NCBI GenBank assembly: GCA_038087875.1
Contig: CM075984.1
Location: forward strand, 11,966,001 to 12,030,000
Origin: Malacoraja senta
Taxonomy: Eukaryota
Length of the DNA stretch: 64,000 nt
Reading direction: 5' to 3'
This document shows, one piece after another, positions 53,899 through 64,000 of the stretch (its first letter is position 1; the number at the start of each line of letters is the position of its first letter). Made by a program: the position numbers and the translations under genes. The notes under the pieces are model-generated. The model had not been told where the DNA came from. It saw only the letters and a program-made list of their open reading frames with translations, and searched no databases.

Positions 53899-54218
53899 GG
53901 CTTGGTGGCGTAGCGGTAGAGTGCCCTAATATTACAGTGCCAGAGACCCGGGTTCGATCCTGACTACGGGTGCTGTCTGTACGGAGTTTGTATGTTCTCC
54001 CTGTGACCTGCCTGGGTTTTCTCCGACATCATCGGTTTCCTCCCACACTCCAAATATGTACAGGTTTGTTGGTTAATTGGCTTGGTTATAAATGTAAAAC
54101 TGTTCCGAGTGTGTGTAGGGCAGTGTAAAGTGTATGTGCGGGCATTGTTGGTCGGTGCAGACTCGGTGGGCTGATGGGCCTGTTTCCGGGCTGTATCTCT
54201 AAGGTAAACTAAACTAAA
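53899..54218 (+). mobile_element. HE1/V-SINE-like SINE
   Basis: A box tggcgtagcgg, B box ggttcgatcc, V-domain and tail. Confidence 0.9.
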
Positions 54219-54963
54219 CAAATATACACTCGCTTCTAACACCTACGCAGTTGCAAATGGCAGAGGAATGTTAATCCTGATTATACAATTTAAATACATA
54301 TCGTTTGCACTTGTGATGACAGTTCAGATCATTAATTTGAAATGCCAACTGAGTTTCCTTCACTAGGTGCTACTTGACCGACTGATTATTTCCAGTACCT
54401 TCTGGCTTAATTTCTAGGGAAATATATATCAAATGTCAAGAAAGATAGTGTTGCAAAGTTTTACACAAAAGCAAATTTTGCAAGGATTGCGTTGGAGTAT
54501 AGATCTGTAAACTGGTGAAGAAGTCAAATGATATCATGTTACAACAGTCAGCAAAGTGAACAAGCAATGCTCTCCACTTTTCCAGATTATTCAACCACAT
54601 AATCCTGAGATAGAGGAAGCTGGAATTGTTTTTGGATTCTTCTCTGCATTTTTTTGTTTCAAGTCGAGCTGGATTGATGGGACAAAGGTCTTCTCCCTTT
54701 TGTTATTCAGGGTTCTTAACAGCATAAAGCCTTGTGAAACTTCAACCCGGGTCGGGTCTGCTGCTACGTTGGCATATTTTGACTCTAAATTGCAATTTAT
54801 TTACAGAATATAAGGAAGATTATCAAGAAAACATCCGATTTAACCTATTCAGTGCCACTTCAGAGGATACCCAGGTCATGGCAAAAAGTGAAATAAAACT
54901 TGGCAGTGAACAGGTTAATGAGATCTTCTGAGGCTTGGGTTAAATGTTTTGGGGGTTGCTTTA

Positions 54964-55651
54964 AGGGCCTGTCCCACTTAAGCAATTTTTTTGGCCACTA
55001 CATGTGATTAGGCTGTCGCTACATGGTCGCGAGGTGACGCCTGTATGGTTAGTCTCCTCGAATCGCCTAAAGAGTGGTAACTTTTTTCTTGTCGCCGCTG
55101 GATTTTCAAATGTTCAAAACCTTTCGGTGACTGTGGGCTTGACGTAGCTTGACGTAGCTTGTCTTCTCCTGTCGTAGGTGCTGTCGAATGTTGTCGCCAG
55201 GATGACGCAGGTTGTCACCAGGTGACGCAGGTTGTCACCGGGTGATGACCGGTGAATTCCATTGGCGACTACCTACATCAACCTACGTCAACCAGCGACA
55301 GGTACCGGCGACTGAATTATCTTCAGTTGTCTTCAGTTGTCGCCAACAGAGTCGTAGCTTGCCATAGCTTGTCGCGGGTGGATGTAGGTTTACATCGGTT
55401 GTCGTAGGTTGGCGCCTGTGTGGTCGTAGGTTGTTGTATGTGCCGTCATAGGTTGTTGTAGGTTTATCGTAGGTGGACGTCCTGTCGTGAAGAATTGGAT
55501 CACCGGTTGTCGTAGCTTGACGTCGATTAGGTGGTAGGTTGTCGTAGACATTGTCATAGGAGGTGTCCAGTCGCCGTTTTTTCGGTGACCTGCAACAACT
55601 GTGAATGTCGCCGGCAGTCGCCAAAAAAATTGCCTCAGTGGGACAGGCCCT
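54964..55651. mobile_element. PIF/Harbinger-type MITE (688 bp) with internal gttgtcgtag-like repeats
   Basis: TIR agggcctgtcccact...agtgggacaggccct; flanks TTA and TCA. Confidence 0.85.
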
Positions 55652-55744
55652 TCACTCTGCAGCTTCAATCTAACCAATAGTATTTCTGCCTTGAGGATGC
55701 TTAGTTCAAAATGGAAATATCTTCTGACAGAATTACCCTCATAT

Positions 55745-55883
55745 GGTCATAAGTGATAGGAAAAGAAATAGGCCATTCGGCCCATCAAATCTACTCCACC
55801 ATTCAATCATGGCTGATCAATCTCTCCCTCCTATCTCCATTCTCCTGCCTTCTCACCGTAACCTTTGACACCAGTACTAATCG
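55745..55883 (-). mobile_element. CR1 tail remnant
   Basis: aggccattcggcccatc...ccattcaatcatggctgatc. Confidence 0.8.
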
Positions 55884-56704
55884 AACCGTACCCTCAACTT
55901 GATGGGCATTTTTTTTTCTCTAAATAAAACCAATTAAATTATGTGAAAACAAAATTATGCATCCAACATCAAATTTAAAAATCGGGACCTGGGAGTACTG
56001 ATATCTATTTGTTTAACACAAAGTGTAGGAATTAATTCTTAATTGATCATGCTAATGTACAGACCAGTAATAGATTTCTGTTCAAATCCTCTGCCGAATT
56101 TTGATCTGCTCAAGTTCATGACAATAAACTGCATTTCTGTGGCAATGTAAAATGCTTGGTTGCTACTTTCTCACACAGTTGGCAAGTCAACTAAGAAAGA
56201 ATTTTTATCCCTAAAACTAACCAGTTGGATTAATTGCAGCATGGTATCAATTTAAAATTGAAACTATTGCCCTTGTGGATCATGGAAGAAAACCGGTTAT
56301 GTTCAGATGGTTTTGGAGCTGCTACATTTCCAGAGATTTCCGAACAGAGTAAAAATAACAGGAATTATTCCATTTCAGTGCAGTCAAGAATGGAACATTT
56401 ATCATTTATGATTATTTCTTTTGGATAGAATCAAGATGAAAATGGCCACAGCACTCAGGCAAATCCTATAGTGTGAAAAGCAGGCTCAACTTTTCTAAAA
56501 CATGCCAAATGCTTGAAAGCAGAATATGGGAGGTGCCCCATTTCTCTTGCTTCCATCTGCCCCATGTGAGCATGAATAGTAGACATGATACAGCGGCCAC
56601 AAATCAAAATCTGTCAAAGTGTCACAAATGCTCACATATTTCCACGTCTTCCAAATAGAGAGGATCAAATAATGTTCTAGACTGACATGCTCAGCGGTAC
56701 TTAG

Positions 56705-57037
56705 GATGGCACTGTGATGCAAAGCAGCACAGTAATGCAGCTAATAGAGCTGCTGTCTCTTATGCAAGAGATCCTGACCTTTGGTACTGTTTTTGATCCT
56801 GACCTTGGGTACTGTGGGTGTGCAGTTTGCATGTTCTCCCTGTGACTGCATGGGTTTCCTCTGGGTGCTCCAGTTTCCTCCCACATCCCAAAAATGTGCA
56901 GTTTTCATCGCTGGAAATTGCCCAATGTGTTGAAGGAATGGGATAGAAAGAGGGATAAAATAGAACTAGTATGAACGGGCGATTGGTGGTCAGCATGGAC
57001 TCGGTAGGCCGAAGGGCCCGTTTCCATTCTGTATCTT
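56705..57037 (+). mobile_element. Older V-SINE copy
   Basis: V-domain gtttgcatgttctccctgtgactgcatgggtttcc and CR1-type tail. Confidence 0.8.
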
Positions 57038-57794
57038 TCATTTCATCAATGAAACTTAGTGAAAGTAATGACAAGATAATATATTTAAAGAACCCTACTC
57101 CTTCGCTGAAACCATGTGGGCAGAAAGGCAGATTTTCGATGAACAAATTACTGAGCAGACAGAAAATAAACTGCCAAAATGGAACAGGACAGGCAGCGTC
57201 TCTGGATAGAACAGGTGACATTTCGGGTCGAGACCCTTCAAGAACCAATATCTGCAGTTCCTTCCCACACAGTTTTTCATCTCTTGACATATGTTGCTAG
57301 ATATTCCCATTTCAAGGTGTTCTTTTCTCTGATCAGTTTCTCTGAAACTGCCTGTTTCTATAGTAATAGCTACTTTGACATCTTTAGTTTGTATCCTATC
57401 ACAAATATTCCCTCTGTCTTCCCCTTTTCGACTACTTAAAACCCACTTGTTTTCTTACTTTAGATTCTGATAGAATTCCTTGCCCTGAAAAATTGACCAT
57501 TTCTCCCTCCTGACATTGTGGGGGCTTTTGTATTTTCTGTTTTTGTGTTGCAAATGATGACCGATTTGGCTTGAAATGTCAAACCATTAATGCTTTAAAA
57601 AAATTATCTTACAGTCACAAACGTAAGCTTTTGTTCACTCAAGGACAAAGGTGTTTGGCATATTTTATTATTTTTGCATTTGGATTTTCTTTAGTTTCTT
57701 TTGCTCCATGTGCAATGTTTCTGAAAACCAGATCATCTGCAGTGCCTTATGATATGCGTATAAAGTCACAACCTGACTTCACAGCCTCCAGTAA

Positions 57795-59124
57795 AGCCCC
57801 TGTCCCACTGTACGAGGTAATTCAAGAGTTCTCCCGAGTTTTCCCCAGATTCGAACTCGGAGAATGCCCGTAGTGGGTCCGTAGGAGTTCGTGGATGTCT
57901 CGTAGCGGGTCGTACGAGTAAAAAGTTTTTAAAAATTTCATCATGAGTATTTTTTTACTTGTGGACATTTTTTGCAAGGATGGTAAAAACGTCACGAGTT
58001 TACCGGATGTCCCGAGTACCTACCGTTAGCATTACGAGCCGCTACGAGACATCCACAAACTCCTACGGACCTGCTACGGACATTCTCGGAGGAGGAGCCA
58101 TCTTGGGGAATGGCTGCTAATCAGCAGCCGTCCGTTTAATTCACTTTTTTTTTGTAGTTTTAGTGAGTCTGTGTTTTGTCTGTAGGAGTAATTCGACTTT
58201 TCAATGTTGGGCGAAGGGGGTAACCATATTTCTAGGTCCCTACCTGGTCGGTGAGGCGGCTTTTTCTCCGGGCTGCCCCGTTGACCCGTCCTCTTGGCCT
58301 ACCAGCGGGCGTGGAGCGCCGTTTCCTGGCGGGAACTGCCCAGCACCTCGGCTTCGGTGGCGGCACAGCGCTGGAGCGCTGTCGCGGAGCAGAGCGGGCG
58401 ATGCCTTGCCTGGGTCACCGCGCTGGATCGACGCGCTGGAGCTCCGGTGAGCTGTGACCGCCGAGGTCAACACCTCCGGGCTGCGGGACTGTGGAGAGGA
58501 TCGGGCGGCGCCGACTTTAACATCGGGAGCCTGGGAGCTCCTTGTCGGCTTCAGAAGCTGCGGCCTCCGGTAAGGAATGCGGCCGTTCCAGGTGGCCCAG
58601 CTGCTGAGAGGACTCTCCCGATGCCGGGGCAACAGCACCCGGTGAGAACGGCCAAGAACACCGGGCCTCCGTAGAGGCAATAGCGGAGGCCTCAATAGGC
58701 CTGACTTTGGGAGAACTGGGGATGGGGACTGGACATTGTGCCTTCCCCCACAGTGGTAACCATTGTGGGGGGATGATTTTTGTGTGTTGTGTCTATTTTA
58801 GTCTGTGTCCAAGATGGCGGTCGGAGGGGAGAGTGGACGTTGGCGCGGTTTAGCTGCCGCTGCTCTCTCCTCACATTGTGTTTCTGATTTTCTTTTTTGT
58901 GTCTTTGGATTGAATTCTGTCTTTAATTTGTGTATTGGTGATGTCTTTATAACTTATTTTACTCCGATTATATGTTTCTTTGTTAAATTCTGTAAGGTGT
59001 CCTTGAGACTTTTGTATAGGCGCCCACAAATACAATTTATTATTATTATTATTATTCTCCGAGTTCGGATCAGGGGAAAACTCAGGAGAACTCTTGAATT
59101 ACCTCGTACAGTGGGACAGGGGCT
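57795..59124. mobile_element. PIF/Harbinger-type MITE (358 bp when empty) with nested insertion
   Basis: About 120-bp TIRs agcccctgtcccactgtacgagg...; TAA duplicated at 57792-57794 and 59125-59127; right TIR split by the insert. Confidence 0.9.
58088..59053 (+). mobile_element. 966-bp GC-rich non-autonomous retroelement with L2-type tail
   Basis: TSD attctc (58082-58087, 59054-59059); 3' tgtaaggtgtcctt...aggcgcc stem-loop followed by (att)n; no recognisable coding motif or tRNA head. Confidence 0.8.
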
Positions 59125-59332
59125 TAAGACGTACCAAATCAAAAGACAAAAAAAGTAAGTGTATCTTGAAAACATACACCAGCACAAAGCATAAGAGGGA
59201 GCTCTGTCAATTCAAGAGAGCAAAATGGGCTTTTGTCTTAAACTAGTTCTGTGAGCATCTATTGAAAATTGGCTCTCATGTGTCCAAGTTAACACATTCC
59301 CAATAATTTAATGAGTCAGGATTAATCAAAAA

Positions 59333-59525
59333 AAGACACAAAGTACAGGAGTAACTCAATGGGTTAGGCAGGATATCTGAAGAACACGGATAGTTGATGT
59401 TTTGGGTCGGGACCTTTTTTCGGATTGATTGTAGTTGTGGGGAAAAGCTGGAACTGAGGTGGGGCAGGACAAAACCTGGCAATTGATACCTGGATAGAGG
59501 TGAGGTGGATGGACAACGGCTAGAG
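59333..59525 (-). mobile_element. Penelope 3' UTR/tail, inverted relative to the adjacent element
   Basis: agacacaaagtacaggagtaactc...gttttgggtcgggacc; the upstream part resembles 38770-38860. Confidence 0.75.
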
Positions 59526-59527
59526 AT

Positions 59528-60268
59528 GTGGCCATGAGTGGGATCTCCAACGGGACCCCACCACTGGCCACATCTTCCCATCTCCTCCCCTTTTTGATTT
59601 CCGCAGAGACTGCTCCCTCCATAACTCACTGGTCAATTCATCCCTTCCCACCCAAACCACCCCCTCCCCGGGTACTTTCCCCTGCAACCGCAGGAAATGC
59701 AACACTTGTCCCTATAACCCCCCCCCCCCTCAACTCCACCCAAGGACCCAATCAGTCTTTCCAGGTGAGGCAAAGGTTCACCTGCACCTCCTCCAACCTC
59801 ATCTACTGCATCCGCTGTTCTAAGTGTCAACTTCTCTACATCGGCGACACCAAGCGCAAGCTCGGCGATCGCTTCGCAGAACACCTCTGCTCAGTCTGTT
59901 AACCAACCTGATCGCCCGGTTGCTCAGCACTTCAACTCCCCCTCCCATTCCCAATCTGACCTTTCTGTCCTGGGCCTCTTCCATTGCCAGAGTGAGGCCC
60001 AGCGCAAATTGGAGGAACAGCACTTCATATTTCGCTTGGGTAGCTTACACCCCAGCGGTATGAACATTGACTTCTCTAATTTTAGATAGCCCTTGCTTTC
60101 TACCTCCTTCCCCTCTCCTTCCCAGTTCTCCCACAAGTCTTACTGTCTCCGCCTACTTCCTTTCTTTTTCCCGCCCCCCCCGACATCAGTCTGAAGAAGG
60201 GAATCGACCCGAAACGTCGCCTATTCCTTCTCTCCATAGATGCTGCCTCACCCGCTGAGTTTCTCCAA
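59528..60268 (+). mobile_element. Penelope-like element 3' part with GIY-YIG endonuclease and hammerhead motif
   Basis: FTCTSSNLIYCIRCSKCQLLYIGDTKRKLGDRFAEHL (GIY-YIG with the PLE-type Cys motif), followed by UTR and tail. Confidence 0.92.
60188..60221 (+). ncRNA. Minimal type I hammerhead ribozyme motif, best-preserved copy
   Basis: agt-CTGAAGA-a-ggg aatcga ccc-GAAA-c-GTC-gc: complete core, short stem II, palindromic ACGT stem III and GUC cleavage triplet. Activity not shown. Confidence 0.65.
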
Positions 60269-60984
60269 GGTTTACAATATTCTGTACTGTAATAATATAA
60301 AGTATTTTGTAAAATATGCATGCACATCCAAAAATCAATATTACCAATACATACAAAAACAATAGCTTAACATATGCTGGCATCTGGGAATGAAAGGCTC
60401 CTGAGAATCTCAGGCCTGTTATAACAAATAAGTTCTTCCTCCATGGCCTCCACCCACCCCCTCACTACGTGTGATAGAAGCACCATTATTGTCAAGAACA
60501 GCTTAGCACAGAATTTGTATCTCGATGGGAAGAATAATTTTACTACGTGGTTTGCCAAAGCATATACAGTAGCAGGATTAGCTGTACACCAGAACATACA
60601 AAATGGTACTGACTCTTGTGACCAATAATCATAAAAATATAATATTCTGGCTATTATCCTCAGAACTCATCTGCCATTGCAGCTTAAAATGTACTATAGG
60701 AAGCTCATGCTATATACAAGCCACATGCTGAGATGTATTTAATCGTAAACTTATTCAAGGCAGACCATGATAATTTAATCAGTCAGATGGAATTAATCCC
60801 AAGTCCTACGACTTAATTCTCCATTCACTTCCTTGTTATCCCATTCCACTCATCATAGTGTGCAGTCTGCCTTCTGCATTTCAACAAAACATATTGCTCA
60901 AGGTCTCCAATTCACCTGGCTGGTAGTCTTTGTTGAAATTATTTTATTAGTTTTGACAACGACAGCATCCCTGGTGTCTGCCTT

Positions 60985-61320
60985 GCAGGCAACAATGTGG
61001 AAATTGTTAATACACCTTTCTTGGATATCCATATGCCTATCCAAACACATTTATGGATAGACATATGGATATCCAAGAAAGGTGTATTAACAATTTCCAC
61101 ATTGTTGCCTGTAATCTGCACATAACCTATATCCCTCCATTCTGTGCCTATCCATATGCCTATCCTAACATGTTTATGGATAGACATATGTATATGCAGA
61201 GAATGGAGGGATATAGGTTATGTGCAGATAGATAAGTGATGGCCTTAGCCTCTTGCTCGGTACAGATATTGTGGGCCGAAGGGCCTGTTCTTGTGTGGTA
61301 CTCTTCTATGTTCTATGTTC
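60985..61320. repeat. Two consecutive long hairpins joined to a CR1 tail
   Basis: Inverted repeats at about 60986-61111 and 61115-61229; the last arm runs into gggccgaagggcctgttc...ttctatgttctatg. Confidence 0.85.
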
Positions 61321-61406
61321 TTTCCACAAAATACATTGACAATCCTTACAAATTTTGTCATTCTTTTCCGTGGAGTTTAAATGTTGGGCTGTGATTCACA
61401 AAGACA

Positions 61407-61726
61407 TTAGTTTAGTTTTTGTATAGGGATACAGCGCGGAAACAGGCCCTTCAGCCCACCGAGTCCGCACCGACCAGCAATCCCCACACACTAACACTAT
61501 CCTACACACACTAGGGACATTTAAAAAAAACATTTATACCAAGTCAATTAACCTACAAACCAGTACGACTTTGGAGGAAACTGGAGATCTTGGAGAAAAC
61601 CCACGCAGTCACGGGAAGAAAGTACAAACTCCGTACAGACAGCACCTGTTGTCAGGATCGAACCCGGGTCTCTGGCTCTGTAAGTGCTGTAAGGCAGCAA
61701 GTCTACCGCTGCGCCACCATGCCGCC
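61407..61726 (-). mobile_element. HE1/V-SINE-like SINE, full length
   Basis: Reverse-complement match to the family structure. Confidence 0.9.
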
Positions 61727-62445
61727 TTTCAATAGCGGCAACTTCAGTTGAGTTATGCTCGGTAGTGGATTATGACTCCCATTGACAAATACCCAATATT
61801 TTCAGCAAACCCTCATGGACGTTTGCCCACATGCAAGTTATGAATCAAGACTGAAAAGTCCCTACCAACTATTTAAAGAAGTCTCATGAACAAAACAGAA
61901 TCGGCAGTGACCTCTAGAGTCAGCCTGGTATATATCTTTACTGTAAATCTGAATTCTGCAGAACAGAGCCAAACTAATAAAACGTGATCAAAACAGGAGG
62001 GAGGTACTGTGTTAGAGTCATACTGAAATATATTTCTTCTTAACAATAACTCGGCTGAGCTCCGATGAAGAGAATATTTAACAAATAATGGGACGCTGGG
62101 TTTCATGTTATAATATTTCTAAAATTTAATTACATAATAAAAACTTATACTGATCTAAGCGCATACAACATATATACTACCAGTGGACCCAGGATTTTGA
62201 AACATTCATTTCATTAACACTGAATAGCAACCTATAGCAATCTGAACAAGTCCAAAGCAGAAAAAGAAAGATTCAATAAGATGGCATGATACTTTATCAG
62301 TCCTACAGAAAATAATCATGTCATCCTAATTTTCATTTGTTAAACATAGCTAACATAGCTGAGAACTCAATGGAGAGGCAAGGTAGGTAAGCTGCTCCTT
62401 TAATGGAGAGTGCAGATGAGATTTCACATCGGATTCAAATCCAGA

Positions 62446-62747
62446 GTTTAGTGTAGTTTAAAGATACAGCACGGAAACAGGCCCCTTGGCCCACCGAGCT
62501 CACGCCGACCAGCGATCCCCGTACACTAACACTATCCTACACACTAGGAACAGTTTACAATTTTACCAAGTCAATTAACCTACAAACCTGCATGCCTTTG
62601 GAATGTGAGAGGAAAGCGGAGCACCCGGAGAAAACCCACGCAGGTCACAGAGAACGAACAAACTCCGTACAGACAGCACATTTAGTCAGGATCGAACCCG
62701 GGTCTCTGACGCCGCAAGGCAGCAACTCGACCGCTGCGCCAACGTGC
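62446..62747 (-). mobile_element. HE1/V-SINE-like SINE
   Basis: Reverse-complement match to the family structure. Confidence 0.9.
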
Positions 62748-63014
62748 TGAGCAAGTCAACTTTTTTTTACAATCCAAAAATATATAAATATATATATATA
62801 TAATCAGAACTTTTCAGAAGTGGCTGCACCACTTCTGTGAAAGGGTTTTGATTGGAACATTTAGCGATGAGTGCTGTGGAAATAAAACTTTGGATGTAAG
62901 AATTCACTCTCATATATATATGACGAGGGATGAGATGAGCATTATTACAACGCTGCAAATACCCATCCATGACATTGGTACAAATATACAAACCAAAATT
63001 ACAAAAAAAGAATG

Positions 63015-63850
63015 GAGTTGTGAATAGTAAGGAAAGTTGTCAAAGGATACAGCTGGGTAGAGATGAATTGGAAATATGGGCAGAAAAATGGCAGATGTAG
63101 TTTAATCCGTAAAGTGTGAGATGGTGCACTTTTGAGGTAAAATGGAAGAGGAAAAGATACTGGCTACTGAAAATGTAATGGAAGGACTCTTTGTAGTATT
63201 GATATAAAGTCCATAGCTCACTGAAAGTGGCAACATAAGTAGGGTGGTAAAGAAAGTGTACAAACAGCATGCTTGCTTTCATTGGTAGGGCCAGTGAGCC
63301 TGAAGGTCAGGAAGCAACGTTGCAGCTGTATAGAACTTTGGTCAGGCCATATTTGGAGTAATGCATGTAGTTCTGTTTGCCACATTACAGAAAGGTTGGG
63401 GAGTTTTTGGAGAGGGTGCAGAAGAGTTCAGCAGGATGTAGCCTGGATTAGAGAGTATTTGCTATAAAGGAGAGGTTGGACAAACTTGCATTGTTTTCTC
63501 TAGAGTTTTGGAGACTGTGAGGTGACCTAACAGAAGTATATAAAATGATGAGGGGCATAGACAAGGTCGAGAGTTTATCTCAGGGTTGAAATTTTAAGTA
63601 CTAAAGTATAGATTTAAGGAGAGAGATGGGAAAGATGTGACAGGCAAGCTTTTTATTACACAGAGAGTGATAGGTACCTATCAGGGAGAGTGGTAGAAGC
63701 GGATACGATAGTGACATTTAAGAGGTGGTTGGGCAGGTACCTGAACAGACAGGAAATGGAAGAATATGCAGGCAGATGGCATTAGTTTCATTTGGCATCA
63801 TGGTCAGCGCAGATGTCATAGATTAAAGGACCTGTTCCTGTGCTCAGTTA
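63015..63850 (+). mobile_element. Degenerate CR1 3' fragment
   Basis: tgggcagaaaaatggcagatg (WAEKWQM) and ctgtatagaactttggtcaggccatatttggagta (LYRTLVRPYLE) with many frameshifts. Confidence 0.85.
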
Positions 63851-64000
63851 TAAAGTTTGTCTCAATATTAAGTACTACAGCAATGTACAACAGAGTTTGG
63901 TTCAGTCCTGGAACAGATGCCAGCAGCGGATGGAGCCAGTGTCTCTGGCACCGTGTTTGCGCTGTTGGCTGAGCACAACAGCTTTTGTCTTCCTAAAATT

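Noticed and set aside
55135-55570. CRISPR-like array
   Set aside because: Eukaryotic context, degenerate ~10-bp units without unique spacers, enclosed by MITE TIRs.
58240-58695. 151-aa and 126-aa ORFs in the nested element
   Set aside because: Low-complexity Pro/Arg/Ala products of GC-rich sequence, open on both strands, with no RT, endonuclease or transposase motifs.

Overview
Eukaryotic, repeat-rich DNA, most likely a cartilaginous fish such as a skate or ray, inferred from HE1/V-SINE-like SINEs plus CR1, Rex-Babar, L2 and Penelope remnants. The only host-gene exon I can recognise is on the minus strand at 16724-16852 and is too short for the ORF track. It encodes part of the PR/SET domain of MECOM (MDS1-EVI1/PRDM3; the exon known as EVI1 exon 2). 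A TE-poor CpG island 3-4 kb upstream carries minus-strand splice donors, which fits the internal EVI1 promoter; the rest of the window is intronic. Two observations stand out. (1) The PR exon keeps its acceptor and most residues but has a one-codon deletion, an in-frame TGA and no donor at the conserved position, suggesting loss of the intact PR-containing isoform. (2) Short fold-back Penelope-derived elements recur, each built from two opposed arms joined at a minimal hammerhead-ribozyme motif, and several are flanked by 9-14 bp target-site duplications. Also present: three Harbinger-type MITEs, one interrupted by a 966 bp YY1-motif, L2-tailed non-autonomous retroelement, and several unexplained hairpins. 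All family and gene calls come from recalled motifs, not database searches. Repeat boundaries are approximate unless a TSD is given.
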